Origin: Escherichia coli 042
GTDB lineage: Bacteria; Pseudomonadota; Gammaproteobacteria; Enterobacterales; Enterobacteriaceae
Length of the DNA stretch: 64,000 nucleotides
Direction: 5' to 3' (one strand)
NCBI RefSeq assembly: GCF_000027125.1
Contig: NC_017626.1
This document shows positions 44,589-56,756 of the stretch, one piece after another. The position numbers were made by a program, and so were the translations under genes. Every line of letters starts with the position of its first letter. Positions within the stretch are counted from its first letter, which is position 1. The notes below the pieces were generated by a model, which was given only the letters and a program-made list of their open reading frames with translations, searched no databases and was not told the DNA's origin.

Positions 44589-45716
44589 TTAATATGTCTC
44601 ACCCAACGCGATTTTTAAGCGATTTATCCAGCCACACAGCCCGCTCCATACCAGCAGATTAATAATCTGCGTTGATGATTTTTCGTGTTCGAGTAATGGG
44701 CTGAACTGGGCGGCGCTAAAGCGATCGGGTGCTCGGGTCAGCCATTGTATCGCCTGAACGGTAGCGCGCTCAACAGAATGACGGTCAGCCCATTGGTTAA
44801 TTTCATTTTCGCCCTTGCGCAGAAGGGCGCTGATTTTTTTATATTCATTTGATGAATCCATACAGATGGCAAAACAAGCAGGACTGCCATTTATCCGCGC
44901 GCATAACAACGCCGCAAGCTGATTATCCGGCTGTGTATTGACCCGTGTGCTGTTTAGCAACTTTTCGAGAAGGGAAAGTGAAATAGGGTGGAGAGAGAGT
45001 GTTTCGGCCAGTTGGCAAAGTTCTGCAGTTGAACTTTTTGTGTGCTCTTCAGGTAGTTTTTCCACCTCATAGCTGCTTCGCCAGCGTATTGACTCATCAG
45101 CAAACAGTGACGCGTCGGCATAGTTTTGTATCTCCAGACCGGGTAACCAGCGTACCGGATGCCCGAGATAAGCCTGAAATGTCGCAATGGTCCGCGCCTG
45201 AAAGCCAATAAAACCAATGATTTGATTAATGATCACACAGTCCCAGACAGTAAGACCGACGTCATTCAGATGCTGGCGCGATCGGTTGTCGATAATAGAA
45301 GGCGAGCTAGCCAGTTGGCGGGCATATTGCGTGATTTGTGCTAACCGATGATTACTTTCCCTGGAGGAATCAGGCCCGGGGAGCGGCGTAAGTCGCGCCG
45401 AATAGTAGTTACATAACCGCTGGACGCCGCAAACCTGAGCAACCGTCAGGGCCGTCGACAAGCGTTCATAAGCGGTGAAGGTCTGTGAACGGGTCACGGT
45501 AAGCTGGTCAGGGAACAACTCCACTGCAAGAACGCGCGCAGGGACCAGCCATGAAAGGAAGGGTGACAGCGTTTCTTCATCAAGGATCACGTCGAGCAGA
45601 AAGGGATCGCTGACCTTTGCGGCTTCCGGGACCAGAGGCAGAACGTCATATTCCGCAGTACTGGATTGCGTTTCATGATACCAGTGGCTTTTGCCGGTGA
45701 TGTGGCGTTGTTCCAT
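44589..45716 (-). CDS. yciW: YciW, carboxymuconolactone-decarboxylase / AhpD-like family protein
   Basis: 375 aa from [15 protein letters not shown] (ORF track frame extends to 45794). Confidence 0.88.
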   Translation of the reverse strand: MEQRHITGKSHWYHETQSSTAEYDVLPLVPEAAKVSDPFLLDVILDEETLSPFLSWLVPARVLAVELFPDQLTVTRSQTFTAYERLSTALTVAQVCGVQRLCNYYSARLTPLPGPDSSRESNHRLAQITQYARQLASSPSIIDNRSRQHLNDVGLTVWDCVIINQIIGFIGFQARTIATFQAYLGHPVRWLPGLEIQNYADASLFADESIRWRSSYEVEKLPEEHTKSSTAELCQLAETLSLHPISLSLLEKLLNSTRVNTQPDNQLAALLCARINGSPACFAICMDSSNEYKKISALLRKGENEINQWADRHSVERATVQAIQWLTRAPDRFSAAQFSPLLEHEKSSTQIINLLVWSGLCGWINRLKIALGETY

Positions 45717-45859
45717 GGGCGCTCCTTGGTCGTAAAGGAAATCGTTATCCTGACGCAAGGCGGGAAGGGGAGAAAGACGGATCGGCGATAACAAATATCA
45801 GAAAGGTATAACAGAGATAACGGGCGGCAGAACGCCGCCCGTCTTGACCAACAGAACGA

Positions 45860-46648
45860 TTATTTCAGTTCGAGTTCGTTCATTGCAGCGATGCTGAAAC
45901 CGCCGTCAACGTGGACCACTTCACCGGAGATACCGGCAGAGAGATCGGAGCACAGGAATGCCGCAGAGTTACCCACATCTTCAATGGTAACGGTACGGCG
46001 AATCGGGGTAACGGCTTCGCAATGAGCCAGCATTTTGCGGAAGTCTTTGATACCGGAAGCCGCCAGAGTACGGATCGGACCCGCAGAGATGGCGTTAACA
46101 CGCACACCTTCCGGACCCATCGCGTTCGCCATATAGCGCACGTTTGCTTCCAGAGACGCTTTTGCCAGACCCATAACGTTGTAGTTCGGGATAGCGCGCT
46201 CAGCGCCAAGGTAGGAAAGGGTCAGCAGGGCAGAACCCGGATTCAGCATGGAGCGGCAAGCTTTTGCCATTGCAACGAAGCTGTAGGAGCTGATGTCGTG
46301 GGCAATTTTGAAGCCTTCACGGGTAACGGCGTTAACATAGTCACCATCCAGCTGATCGCCAGGTGCAAAACCAATAGAGTGTACGAAACCGTCAAATTTC
46401 GGCCAAACTTTCCCCAGTTCAGCGAACATGGTGTCGATGCTGGCATCTTCTGCAACATCGCACTGCAGAACGATGTCAGAACCCAATTGAGCGGCAAATT
46501 CTTCTACGCGGCCTTTCAGTTTGTCGTTCTGGTAGGTGAATGCCAGTTCAGCTCCTTCGCGGTGCATCGCCTGAGCGATACCGTAGGCGATGGACAGTTT
46601 GCTGGCAACACCGGTTACCAGAATGCGCTTACCGGAAAGAAAACCCAT
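45860..46648 (-). CDS. fabI: Enoyl-ACP reductase (NADH)
   Basis: 262 aa; [40 protein letters not shown]. Confidence 0.97.
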
Positions 46649-46813
46649 AGCTTTAATCCTTATTGTTGATGCTTGTTGTGCCTGAAAATCAGGCGATTCG
46701 TCGTTTTAGTAAACAGTACGAACAGATAAACGGTTATTATAATCAACCTGGCTGTGAGTGGCTATAGTTGCCAGGTCCGACCGGAGCAGGGTGCGGGCAG
46801 GGTGGGCGCTTTT

Positions 46814-47060
46814 CCCCTCACCCTAACCCTCTCCCCAGAGGGGCGAGGGGACCGTATTGTGCAAATATTGTCACCCCAGCAACAAACAGGCTTATACAGC
46901 CCCCTAACCCTTTCAGGGCGATGGCTGGGGTGAGAGTGAATGGTGGTTCAGACCTTGCCGAATATTCTTCATCATCCGCCTCCATGTTTTCACCACAACA
47001 GCTATTCGGCTCGGTCGGCCCCCTCGCCCTTTCAGGGAGAGGGTTGGGGTGAGGGTGACA
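46814..47060. repeat. Cluster of three GC-rich 40-52 bp extragenic repeat units in alternating orientation (REP/BIME-class)
   Basis: Unit 1 at 46814-46851; unit 2 at 46900-46950 and unit 3 at 47009-47060 are direct copies (about 85 percent by eye); unit 1 is the inverted complement of the unit 3 core; unit 3 overlaps the 3-prime end of ycjD. Confidence 0.75.
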
Positions 47061-47394
47061 GGCGGTTCAGTTCCTGCAGAATAATCTCCAGCACCGCCTC
47101 CTCATTACAATCAATCTCGTTATTCCAGAAACGCAGCACGGTCCAGCCCTGCGACTCAAGCCAGCTAGTGCGCCTGGAATCATAGGCAACTGCCAAATCA
47201 TGCTGCCCACCATCCAGCTCAACTACTACACGCGCCGAGCAGCAAGCAAAATCGAGAATGTAGCTCCCCACCGGATGTTGACGGCGAAATTTGAAATCAC
47301 CAAAACGTCGGCTGCGAAGATATCGCCAGAGCTTTCGTTCCTGCGAAGTGAGATTGCGTCTTAAATCACGCGCATTTGATTTTATTTTATCCAT
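47032..47394 (-). CDS. ycjD: YcjD, DUF559 (Vsr-like endonuclease fold) protein
   Basis: About 120 aa; ORF track start is GTG at 47397, ATG at 47394; last codons (SPSPQPSP) lie inside repeat unit 3. Confidence 0.88.
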   Translation of the reverse strand: MDKIKSNARDLRRNLTSQERKLWRYLRSRRFGDFKFRRQHPVGSYILDFACCSARVVVELDGGQHDLAVAYDSRRTSWLESQGWTVLRFWNNEIDCNEEAVLEIILQELNRLSPSPQPSP

Positions 47395-47464
47395 CACCTC
47401 ATTCTGACAAGATTTAATCTCTTGTCAGAATGAGGTGAATAATCTGGAAGGAGGATTCAGAAAA

Positions 47465-48271
47465 TTAACGATCTTTACGCCACGCATCCGCCGTCAATGC
47501 CTCGCCAAAATGACCGGCAATAAGCCGTTTGGTGAGTTCATGCAGCGGCGATGCCAGCACATCGGCGGTGCTGCCTCGCTCGACAACCTCGCCCTGATGC
47601 ATCACCAGCACCTGGTCGCTAATGTGCTTCATCATTCCGATATGCTGGGTAACATAAATATACGAAATGCCCTGTTTTTCCTGTAACTCAAGCATCAGAT
47701 TAATCAACTGCGAACGCATCGACATATCCAGTGAGGCGAGGGCTTCATCGGCAATAATGACTTTTGGGCGCAATATCAGCGCGCGTGCCAGACCCAGACG
47801 CTGTTTTTGCCCGGGTGCCAACATATGCGGATAGTAACTGACGTGATCCGGTAGCAGCCCAACCATACGCATCGTTTCAATAATCTGTTTGCGACGCTGT
47901 TCCGGTTCCAGGTCGGTGTTCAGACGCAGTGGAAAATCCAGAATTTGCGAGATACGTTGACGGGGATTCAACGAGGTCGAAGGATCCTGAAAAATCATGC
48001 GAATACGCTGACTGCGGAAGGAATAATCGCCAAAATGCAGCGGATGATCGTCAATCAATAACTCGCCGCTGGTAGGTTCTATCATTCCCGCCAGCATTTT
48101 TGCCAGCGTGGATTTACCCGAACCATTCTCGCCAATAATCGCCAGTGTCTGGCCTTCACGTAGCGTAAAGCTCAAGGGTTTTACCGCTTCTACGGTCTGA
48201 CGACGAAACCAGCCGGTTCGATAGCGGAACGTTTTACTTAAATTACGCACTTCAAGCAGCGTTTCGATCAT
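47465..48271 (-). CDS. sapF: Peptide/putrescine ABC transporter ATPase SapF
   Basis: 268 aa; Walker A GENGSGKST. Confidence 0.95.
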   Translation of the reverse strand: MIETLLEVRNLSKTFRYRTGWFRRQTVEAVKPLSFTLREGQTLAIIGENGSGKSTLAKMLAGMIEPTSGELLIDDHPLHFGDYSFRSQRIRMIFQDPSTSLNPRQRISQILDFPLRLNTDLEPEQRRKQIIETMRMVGLLPDHVSYYPHMLAPGQKQRLGLARALILRPKVIIADEALASLDMSMRSQLINLMLELQEKQGISYIYVTQHIGMMKHISDQVLVMHQGEVVERGSTADVLASPLHELTKRLIAGHFGEALTADAWRKDR

Positions 48272-48272
48272 C

Positions 48273-49265
48273 TCACTCTTTCTCCATGTTCAGCGGGAAA
48301 TGACAGGCATAGAGATGATTTTTCGCCCCCGTCAAACGTGGCGTCACAATGCATTCTCGTTGTGCATACGGGCAACGCGGCCCCAGACGACACCCAATCG
48401 GTAACTGTTCCAGCAGTGGGATAGCGCCGGGCAGCGTATTGAGGCGACTTTTATGCGGCATCGCGCTGCCGAAGTCTGGTATCGCGCGGATCAGCGCCTG
48501 GGTATAAGGATGATGTGGCATCGTCACCAACTCCTTACTTGGCGCGGTTTCCACCGTTTGACCGCAGTAAAGCACGTTAATTTTATCCGCCCATTGGCTA
48601 AGCATTTGTAAGTCATGGCTGATAAGCAAAATAGTGGTATTGCTGTTTTGGTTGAGACGCGTCAGCAGGCGAAAGATTTGCGCCTGGGTTGTTGGCTCCA
48701 TTGAGTTTGTCGGTTCGTCAGCAATCAGCAGACGCGGTTGATTCGCCAGTGCAATGGCTATCATCACTTTCTGACATTCACCTTCGGTCAACTCATAGGG
48801 AAAACTGCGCATTGCATCTTTGTGATCTTTAATCCCCACGCGGTGCAGCAGTTCAATGGCACGGCGTTTGCGCCAGCCAAAACGCTGCCACCAACGGCCT
48901 TTATAGGTCCAGGCTGGGATGTTTTGCATCAACTGGCGACCCACACGTTCTGAAGGGTCAAGACACGACTGCGGTTCCTGGAAAATCATCGACACGTTGT
49001 GACCAACCAGCTTGCGCCGTTCGCGTGCGGAGAGACGCAGCAAATCGATATCATCAAAACGCATACGATCAGCTGTAACACGCCAGTTATCTTTATTCAC
49101 CCCACAAATTGCTTTCGCAATCAAACTTTTGCCGGAACCGGATTCGCCAACAAGACCGCGGATTTCACCTTCGGTTAAGGTCATACTTACGCGGTCGACG
49201 GCTTTAACCCACTCATCACCGGTTTTAAATTCAATGGTCAGGTTACGAATATCGAGTAATGGCAT
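48273..49265 (-). CDS. sapD: ABC transporter ATPase SapD
   Basis: 330 aa; Walker A GESGSGKS. Confidence 0.95.
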
Positions 49266-50155
49266 TATTCCACCCCCGCAATAATTGCACGACGGACACC
49301 GTCGCCAAGGAGGTTAACCAACAGCACGCTAATCATAATTGCCGCACCTGGCAGCATGACAGTCCACGGGGCGACATAAATCAGTTCCAGCGCATCACCG
49401 AGCATCGCTCCCCATTCAGGCGAGGGGAGTTGTGCGCCGAGATCGAGAAAGCCCAGCGCGGCGATATCGAGAATTGCCATCGACAGTGCGCGGGTGATCT
49501 CGGTGACCAGCCCGGCGGTGATGTTTGGCATCACAGCAAACCAGAGAATATTCAGCGTTGATGCGCCATCCAGACGGGCGGCGATAACGTACTCTTTTTC
49601 CAGTTCGTCATGCACCATGCTGTAAATCGAACGTACCATACGCGGCAGTAGCGCCAGCCAGACGGCAAACATGGCGTGAGACAAACTCGGTCCGGCAAAC
49701 GCTACAACGATAATTGCCAGCAGCAGGGAAGGGATCGCCAGTAAGGTATCCAGAATATGGTTAAGCACCGCTGAGCGTAGGCCGTGCGTCGCCCCGGCGA
49801 AGGTGCCCAGTACCAGGCCACAGATCGTCGCGGCAAGCGTCACCACAAATGCGCCGCCTACGGTTGGCGCAGCTCCGCTCAGTAAACGGCTTAAAACATC
49901 GCGTCCGAGGTCGTCAGTCCCAAGGAAGAAAGAAACTTCGCCATAGCGCGACCATGACGGCGGCAATAATTGATAACCGAGAAATTGCTGATCGATGCCG
50001 TAAGGCGCAAACCAGCCGCCAAAAATACACAGTACAGCCAGCCCCGCGCAGCCGTACAGGCCGACCATCGCAGAGGCGTCACTATAAAATTTGCGCCAGG
50101 CGGTACGCAGCGTGCCCGGCGGGCGCTTTTCGCTGTATACGCTATCGTAAGGCAT
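49265..50155 (-). CDS. sapC: ABC transporter permease SapC
   Basis: 296 aa; multi-TM. Confidence 0.95.
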
Positions 50156-51107
50156 ACCATTCCTTATTTTTCAGAGGGTTAGCCATGGCACCCAAAATAT
50201 CAGAAATCACGTTAACAATAATGACCAGTGAACCACACACCATCACTCCGGCGGAAATGGCTGCGTAATCCTGCTGGCGGATGGCGTTAATTAACCAGCG
50301 GCCTAAACCCGGCCAGCTAAAAACCATTTCGGTGATCATCGCCAGCGTCAGCATGGTAGAAAACTGTAAGCCCAGGCGAGGAATAACCGGAGGTAACGCG
50401 TTATGCAGAACGTGGCGACGCAAAATAGTAAAGCGCGACAAACCGCGGGTCGCCGCTGCTTTAACATAGTTCTGGTCATACACTTCGATAGTGCTGATAC
50501 GCATCAGTCGGATCACTTCAGTTGTTGGCGCAACCGACAGGGTGATCACGGGCAATATCATATGGCGGATTGCGCTCATGATCATTTCATCCCGCCATGA
50601 TGAGTCCGAAAGCCAGGCATCAATCAACGCAAAACCGGTAATCGGTTTCACTTCGTAGAGCAGATCGAAACGCCCTGAAACGGGCAACCAACCTAGCGTG
50701 AGTGAACAAAACAGCGTCAACAGAAGCGCCAGCCAGAACACCGGGATTGAAAAGCCCAGTAAGGCGATGGCGTTGATCAAGTTATCCTGCCACTTATGGC
50801 GCGTAATCCCGGCAATCATCCCCACGGGGATGCCAACAATCAGCGCAAAACCGAAGGCGAGGATGCACAGTTCCATCGTTGCCGGGAAGACCTCTTTTAA
50901 CTGTTCGGCAATCGGTTGACCGTTAATGCTGGAAACACCAAAATCCCAGTGGATCAGGCCATTAAACCAGAACACCCAGGCATTCCACAGTGACGCGCCT
51001 TGTAACGGCGCATGTGGGGTGAAATAGCTCAAGCTGAAGCCAACGAAGGTCAGCAGGAACAAGGTGACAATCAATAACAAAATGCGGCGTAAGGTGAAGA
51101 TAATCAT
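50142..51107 (-). CDS. sapB: ABC transporter permease SapB
   Basis: 321 aa; multi-TM. Confidence 0.95.
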
Positions 51108-52747
51108 GGTTTTTTCACCTCATCCTGTTTCTCGCGATACACCCCAGCAAAGGAGGCGTTACCGAACGGGCTAAGTACCAGACCTTTGATATCGTACCGA
51201 TAGGCCTGCAAGCGCAATGACGAGGCCAGCGGCAATATTGGTAATTCCTGCGCCAGAATACTTTGCGCTTCGTCATAGGCTTCAATACGCGCCGCCAGCT
51301 GCTGCGAGGAGAGCGCCTTACGCAACACGCTGTCGAATTTCGGATCGCACCAGTGGGCGAGGTTGGTCTGCGAATGAATTGCTGCGCAGCTCAGTAACGG
51401 ACGGAAGAAACTGTCCGGGTCGTTACTGTCCGTCGCCCAACCGGATAACGTCAGATCATGGCTCATATCCATCAACCGCGCCTCCTGAAAACGACCTTCT
51501 ACCGGCACAATCACCACTTTTACGCCAACCTGCGCCATATCCGCCTGAATCAGTTCGGCGGTTTTCAGTGGACTGGGGTTCCACGCCTGCGAACGTGTTG
51601 GCACCCACAGTTTGAGCGTTAAGTTTTCCAGCCCCAACGCCTTTAACTGTTCGCGCGATTTCGCCGGATTGTATTCAGTAATTTTAGCCTCGTTGTCATA
51701 GGCCCACGAGGCGCGCGGTAAAATAGAGGCTGCCGTTTCAGCCGTACCATAATAGATGGATTGCATCAGACGCTGGTTATTGATCGCCAGTGCCAGCGCA
51801 TGGCGGACAGCGGGATTATTTAGCGGCGGTTTAGCGGTGTTAAATGCCAGATAGGCGACATTCATCCCTGGACGCAGCGTTAAACGCAAGCGTGGGTCGT
51901 CACGCAAAATGGATAGCTGACTGGCAGCAGGCCAGGCCAGAACGTCGCACTCCCCGGTCAGGAGTTTCGACAGACGTCCGGTACCGCCGGAGCCTAAATC
52001 CACCACCACCTGCGGCATTAACGGTTTGCCGCGCCAGAAGTCATCATGACGTTGTAGGCGAATAAATTGCCCGGCGCGGTATTCCGACAACTGATACGGT
52101 CCAGTGCCGACCGGCTGACGGTCGAGTTGTTCCTGACGATCTTCTTTCTCTAACTTCCGGGCATATTCTGCCGACATGACCGATGCATAATGGGTCGCCA
52201 GGTGCCACAAAAAAGAAGCATCCGGCTGGGCGAGTCGGAACTCAACGGTATGATTATCCAGTTTGCGGACGCTTTTCACGTTATCGGCAAATTGCAGGCT
52301 GTCGAAGTAGGGGAAGTTGCTGCCGTTGACGTTATGCCACGGGTTGTTGCGGTCAAAAATTCGCTGGAAGGTAAACACCACATCGTCGGCATTCATTTTA
52401 CGAGTGGGAGTAAACCAGTCGGTTTTTTGAAACGGAACATCGCGACGCAGGTGGAAGCGATAGGTCGCGCCGTTATCGAGAACTTCCCAGCTTTCGGCAA
52501 GTTCCGGCATCAGGCGATAGGTATAGGGATCGACATCCAGCAGTCGATCATAAAACTGGGCGGCAAGGGTATCGACAATTAACCCACTGCTCGCTTTGGA
52601 TGGGTTAAAGGTGTTGACTTGCCCGCTGACGCAATAGACAAAACCGCTGTCGCGGATATCAGCATGCGGGGGGGATTCAGGCGCGGCGATTGCCTGACCA
52701 CTCACAAGTCCAGCAATCACCAAAAGAGACGATAATACCTGGCGCAT
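51104..52747 (-). CDS. sapA: Periplasmic substrate-binding protein SapA
   Basis: 547 aa; signal peptide; family 5 SBP. Confidence 0.95.
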   Translation of the reverse strand: MRQVLSSLLVIAGLVSGQAIAAPESPPHADIRDSGFVYCVSGQVNTFNPSKASSGLIVDTLAAQFYDRLLDVDPYTYRLMPELAESWEVLDNGATYRFHLRRDVPFQKTDWFTPTRKMNADDVVFTFQRIFDRNNPWHNVNGSNFPYFDSLQFADNVKSVRKLDNHTVEFRLAQPDASFLWHLATHYASVMSAEYARKLEKEDRQEQLDRQPVGTGPYQLSEYRAGQFIRLQRHDDFWRGKPLMPQVVVDLGSGGTGRLSKLLTGECDVLAWPAASQLSILRDDPRLRLTLRPGMNVAYLAFNTAKPPLNNPAVRHALALAINNQRLMQSIYYGTAETAASILPRASWAYDNEAKITEYNPAKSREQLKALGLENLTLKLWVPTRSQAWNPSPLKTAELIQADMAQVGVKVVIVPVEGRFQEARLMDMSHDLTLSGWATDSNDPDSFFRPLLSCAAIHSQTNLAHWCDPKFDSVLRKALSSQQLAARIEAYDEAQSILAQELPILPLASSLRLQAYRYDIKGLVLSPFGNASFAGVYREKQDEVKKP

Positions 52748-52994
52748 AATATTAATGGATTTTATGTAAAGAGGCTATCTTACTAATATTTAATGACATT
52801 TGCCATTACCGTTTGTGTTCAGGGGTCGTAATGAGGGCCGTGTGGTTGGTCGTTGAACAGGTGACGTCGCCATCTGTTCAACATTCGTACCCGTGATTTC
52901 TCTATAACTATAACTCACAGAACAACTTAGCGAGGAGCAGAGCGGTACGATCGTGAGAACCCCATTAAAGCACGCTGCAGTGCGTGTCATTTTT

Positions 52995-53025
52995 AGCCGG
53001 ATGCGGCGTGAACGCTTTATCCGGG
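52995..53025. repeat. REP (repetitive extragenic palindrome) element
   Basis: gccggatgcggcgtgaacgctttatccgggc matches the REP consensus. Confidence 0.8.
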
Positions 53026-53059
53026 CAACGATACTGACCGAGCGTCTGCAATGAAATAA

Positions 53060-53305
53060 TTACTCATTACCCCATTGATTCAAAAACTCTGCGATCTCAT
53101 CAATGCGTACGGGATTAATCCCCGCTTCAGCAGCCATTTCATGTTGGGCTTCTTCGCTGATCTCTTCATTGTTCATCAAACGGGTGAGCAGTAACTGGAA
53201 GTAGTGGGCCAGCGGTGTGCGTTCAGCGTCTGCGACAGGCTCTGCGCATTCGGTCGCGTACTCATCGGCAATATCAAAATATTTTAGCGGGATATCGTGG
53301 TTCAT
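53060..53305 (-). CDS. ymjA: YmjA (DUF2543)
   Basis: 81 aa; K-12 synteny. Confidence 0.88.
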   Translation of the reverse strand: MNHDIPLKYFDIADEYATECAEPVADAERTPLAHYFQLLLTRLMNNEEISEEAQHEMAAEAGINPVRIDEIAEFLNQWGNE

Positions 53306-53438
53306 TATTTGCCCCTGGGGTTAATGCGCTAAGCATAAGGGCGGATGATAGCACTCGTGATCCGGGTCATACATCTTTTTATAGTTAATGGCGCGGTGCA
53401 TTACCCTCAGGCAGGATAATGCGCCGCGCATCCGACTA

Positions 53439-54824
53439 TTACGTTTCGCTCACCGGCGTTCTGTCACCATCATACAACGGCACTTTGCGATAGCGGCGGA
53501 TCAGATACCACAAATATGCGCCGCCTAACGAAGCCCATACCAGACCGAGTGTCAGTGACGTTGACTCGAGGTTAACCCACAGCACACCCACCGTCAGCGC
53601 GCCAACCAGCGGCATCAGCAAATAGTGGAAGTGATCCTTCCAGCTTTTATTCATTCCTTTACGCCGCCAGAAATGATTAAACACCGACAGATTTACGAAG
53701 GTAAATGCCACCAGAGCACCGAAGTTAATCAATGCTGTCGCGGTGACTAAATCAAAGAACAGCGCTGACAACGCGACAATCCCGACCATAATGACGTTCA
53801 GTGCCGGAGTCCGCCATTTCGGGTGCACATAGCCAAACACGCGCTCCGGAAACACATTGTCACGCCCCATCACATACAGCAGACGCGACACGCTGGCGTG
53901 CGACGCCAGGCCAGACGCTAACGTGTTCACAAACGTGGTACAGAGGAAAATCGACTGGAAGAGCTTGCCGCCGACGTATAGCGCAATTTCAGGCAGTGCG
54001 GCGTCCGGGTCTTTAAAGCGGCTGATATCGGGAAAGAACAGCTGCATAAAGAACGACGCAGCGATAAAGATAACGCCGCCGTATACCGCCGTCAGGAAGA
54101 TGGCTTTCGGGATCACGCGTGCGGCGTCCGGCGTCTCTTCCGAAAGCGTGGTCACCGCATCGAAACCGAGGAAGGAGAAACAGACAATCGTCGCCCCGGT
54201 AATAATCGGGATCAGGTGCGCGTTCTCGCTGATAAACGGCTGAAGTGACCAGACGGTGCCAACGCCTTCTCCTTTATGCAGTCCCTGAACCACCAGGAAG
54301 ATAAACACCACCATGATGGAGATTTGCACCAGTACAAACAGGGTATTGAAGTTAGCAACCAGGTTGACGCTCTTCAGATTCGCGGCGGTTAAAATGGCGA
54401 CGAAGGTTACCACCCACACCCACGGCGGCACTTCCGGGAAGAGGGCGGAGAGATAGATTTTCGCCAATAAAACGTTGATCATTGGCAAAAAGAGATAATC
54501 CAGCAGTGATGACCATCCGACCATAAATCCGACGTGCGGGTTAATCGACTTTTGCGCGTAGGTATAGGCCGAACCGGCTTCCGGAAACTGGCGAACCAGT
54601 TTGCCGTAGCTGATAGCGGTAAACAGCACGCCCGCCAGCGCCAGCAAATAGGACGCCGGAACGTGACCGTCGCTAATGCCGGAGACAATACCAAAAGTAT
54701 CAAATACGGTCATCGGCGTGAGATAGGCCAGACCCATCATCACCACCTGCCACAATTTCAGTGATTTTCGCAGACGGGTTTTGCCAGATTGCGCAGCAAT
54801 AGTCAGTGGTGAATTAATAGCCAT
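53439..54824 (-). CDS. puuP: Putrescine importer (APC family)
   Basis: 461 aa from [14 protein letters not shown]; about 12 TM segments. Confidence 0.94.
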   Translation of the reverse strand: MAINSPLTIAAQSGKTRLRKSLKLWQVVMMGLAYLTPMTVFDTFGIVSGISDGHVPASYLLALAGVLFTAISYGKLVRQFPEAGSAYTYAQKSINPHVGFMVGWSSLLDYLFLPMINVLLAKIYLSALFPEVPPWVWVVTFVAILTAANLKSVNLVANFNTLFVLVQISIMVVFIFLVVQGLHKGEGVGTVWSLQPFISENAHLIPIITGATIVCFSFLGFDAVTTLSEETPDAARVIPKAIFLTAVYGGVIFIAASFFMQLFFPDISRFKDPDAALPEIALYVGGKLFQSIFLCTTFVNTLASGLASHASVSRLLYVMGRDNVFPERVFGYVHPKWRTPALNVIMVGIVALSALFFDLVTATALINFGALVAFTFVNLSVFNHFWRRKGMNKSWKDHFHYLLMPLVGALTVGVLWVNLESTSLTLGLVWASLGGAYLWYLIRRYRKVPLYDGDRTPVSET

Positions 54825-55126
54825 AATTGCTGCCTCCCCTGCGTAATAAGGTTTGCGGTCGTGTCGACCTGAAATCAAACCTGTTTAGCAAGGGAAGCAA
54901 AGGGGGCAGAGTCCAGTCAGTCGCAGGAGGGGCGCATACGCAGCCTCCCTCGCCATGCGGGGATTTAATCATCGGCATCATCTCATTTCCTCGTCACAGT
55001 CTTAATCGTTAACGGAAGCCCGTTGCCGCCTGCGCTCCATAACGCGACATCCGGAAAATGTCTGGATTACCAGCAAATGTCAGGCCTGGCTCCGCTCAGG
55101 CCGATGAAACAACCCCGCAAGGGGTA

Positions 55127-56545
55127 TTACGCGTTTTTCAACATCCACTCAATTTCTGTTTCTGTGATGAGGCGCTCAAACTGCAACAGCTCATCATTTT
55201 TACAGGCGTGATAGACATGGCAGAAGCGTTCGCCTAAATAGCGGCGCAGGTGATCATTCTCGATAAACTCACCCAGGGCATCGCTCTGACGAATCGGGAA
55301 GGGTAAGCCTTCCTGTTCCAGCCCGTTACCTTCGACTTCTTCCTGTAATGGCAGTTCGTTATCAAGGCCATGCAAAATACCGGCAAAAATCGCCGCCATC
55401 ACCAGATACGGGTTGGCATCGGCACCCGCCACGCGATATTCCACGCGGTGATTATGGCGATCGCCGCACGGAATACGCAGGGCGACGGTGCGGTTGTTAT
55501 GGCCCCACGACGCCTGCGTCGGTACATACATACCTGGCTGGAAGCGGCGATACGAGTTCACGTTTGGTGCCAGCAACGCCATTGATGACGGCATCAGGTC
55601 AATCATCCCGGCAAGCATCTTTTTCAGCAGCGGCGAATCTTCGCCTTCCGCGTCAGAAAGCACGTTCTCGCCACGGTTATTTTGCATACTGATATGGATA
55701 TGCATCCCGCTGCCCGCGTGCTCTTCATACGGCTTCGCCATAAAAGTGGCGTGCATCTTATGCTTTTCTGCCATCAGACGCACCAGGCGTTTTAGTGCCA
55801 GCGCATCATCGCAAGCTTCCAGCACGTTATCAGTATGGTAAAGATTGATTTCAAACTGACCTGGCGAGGCCTCGGCGACCGCGCCATCTGCCGGAATCAG
55901 CTGTAACTGCGCCAGCTCATCAATATCATTAAGCACGTCGGCGAAGTGGTTGAGGTTATCAACGGAGTAAACCTGGCTTTGTGTATTGCGGTCATCGGTG
56001 CCGGGCGCGCAGGGCGGTTGCAGATATCCTTCAGCGTCGCGCTGGCGATCCAGTAAATAGAACTCCAGCTCTACCGCTACGACCGGGAACAATCCGCGCT
56101 GGCGCAGCTGCTGCCACAGGCGGTTAAGAACGTTCCGCGGCTCAACGTCAAAGGGAGCGCCATCTTCATCGACCATGGTCAGGAGCATCTGACCGATAAA
56201 CTCTGGATCGGCGGCAGAAGGGGTTAAGGAACCGAGAACAGGAACACAGGTACGATCCGGCTCGCCCATTTCCTGACCCAGGCCCGCTTCTTCTACTACA
56301 TTACCCAGAATATCCATTGCAAACACCGAGGCCGGGAAATAACACCCTTTCTCGAGCTTCTTCAGGCTTGAAACAGGAATACGTTTTCCACGGAAGCAAC
56401 CATTCAAATCGGTAAGTAAAACATCAACATATTGCGTATTCGGGTAGCGCTCCAGGTAGCGTTTCACTTCCTGCGTAAAGGCGCTACCCCGCCTCTCTTC
56501 TGACTGCTGAACAAAGTTCTCTACTTCAACGATATTGGTTTCCAT
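55127..56545 (-). CDS. puuA: Gamma-glutamylputrescine synthetase
   Basis: 472 aa from METNIVEVENFVQQ; glutamine synthetase fold. Confidence 0.95.
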   Translation of the reverse strand: METNIVEVENFVQQSEERRGSAFTQEVKRYLERYPNTQYVDVLLTDLNGCFRGKRIPVSSLKKLEKGCYFPASVFAMDILGNVVEEAGLGQEMGEPDRTCVPVLGSLTPSAADPEFIGQMLLTMVDEDGAPFDVEPRNVLNRLWQQLRQRGLFPVVAVELEFYLLDRQRDAEGYLQPPCAPGTDDRNTQSQVYSVDNLNHFADVLNDIDELAQLQLIPADGAVAEASPGQFEINLYHTDNVLEACDDALALKRLVRLMAEKHKMHATFMAKPYEEHAGSGMHIHISMQNNRGENVLSDAEGEDSPLLKKMLAGMIDLMPSSMALLAPNVNSYRRFQPGMYVPTQASWGHNNRTVALRIPCGDRHNHRVEYRVAGADANPYLVMAAIFAGILHGLDNELPLQEEVEGNGLEQEGLPFPIRQSDALGEFIENDHLRRYLGERFCHVYHACKNDELLQFERLITETEIEWMLKNA

Positions 56546-56756
56546 GATTCTTCGCCTTTGGTTTGTTTTCCGCTCGTTATCAAAGCGTAAAATATAATGA
56601 CCACCATTCGAATCTGTATGCAAACTAAATGTTTGTCAAATGTTAAATTGAGTTTGCAAAAATGAAAACCCACTGCTAGATTGAAAAAATATTGAACATA
56701 AAGGTCATTTAAAGCGCAGTAATGGCGATAATTTAGTCCACTTTGTGAGATTGAGC

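Noticed and set aside
45911-46669. 252-aa ORF antisense to fabI
   Set aside because: Completely nested opposite a highly conserved essential gene; no support.
46768-47185. Overlapping plus-strand ORFs across the fabI-ycjD repeat cluster
   Set aside because: They read through GC-rich repeat units and overlap ycjD; Pro/Gly-rich repeat artefacts.
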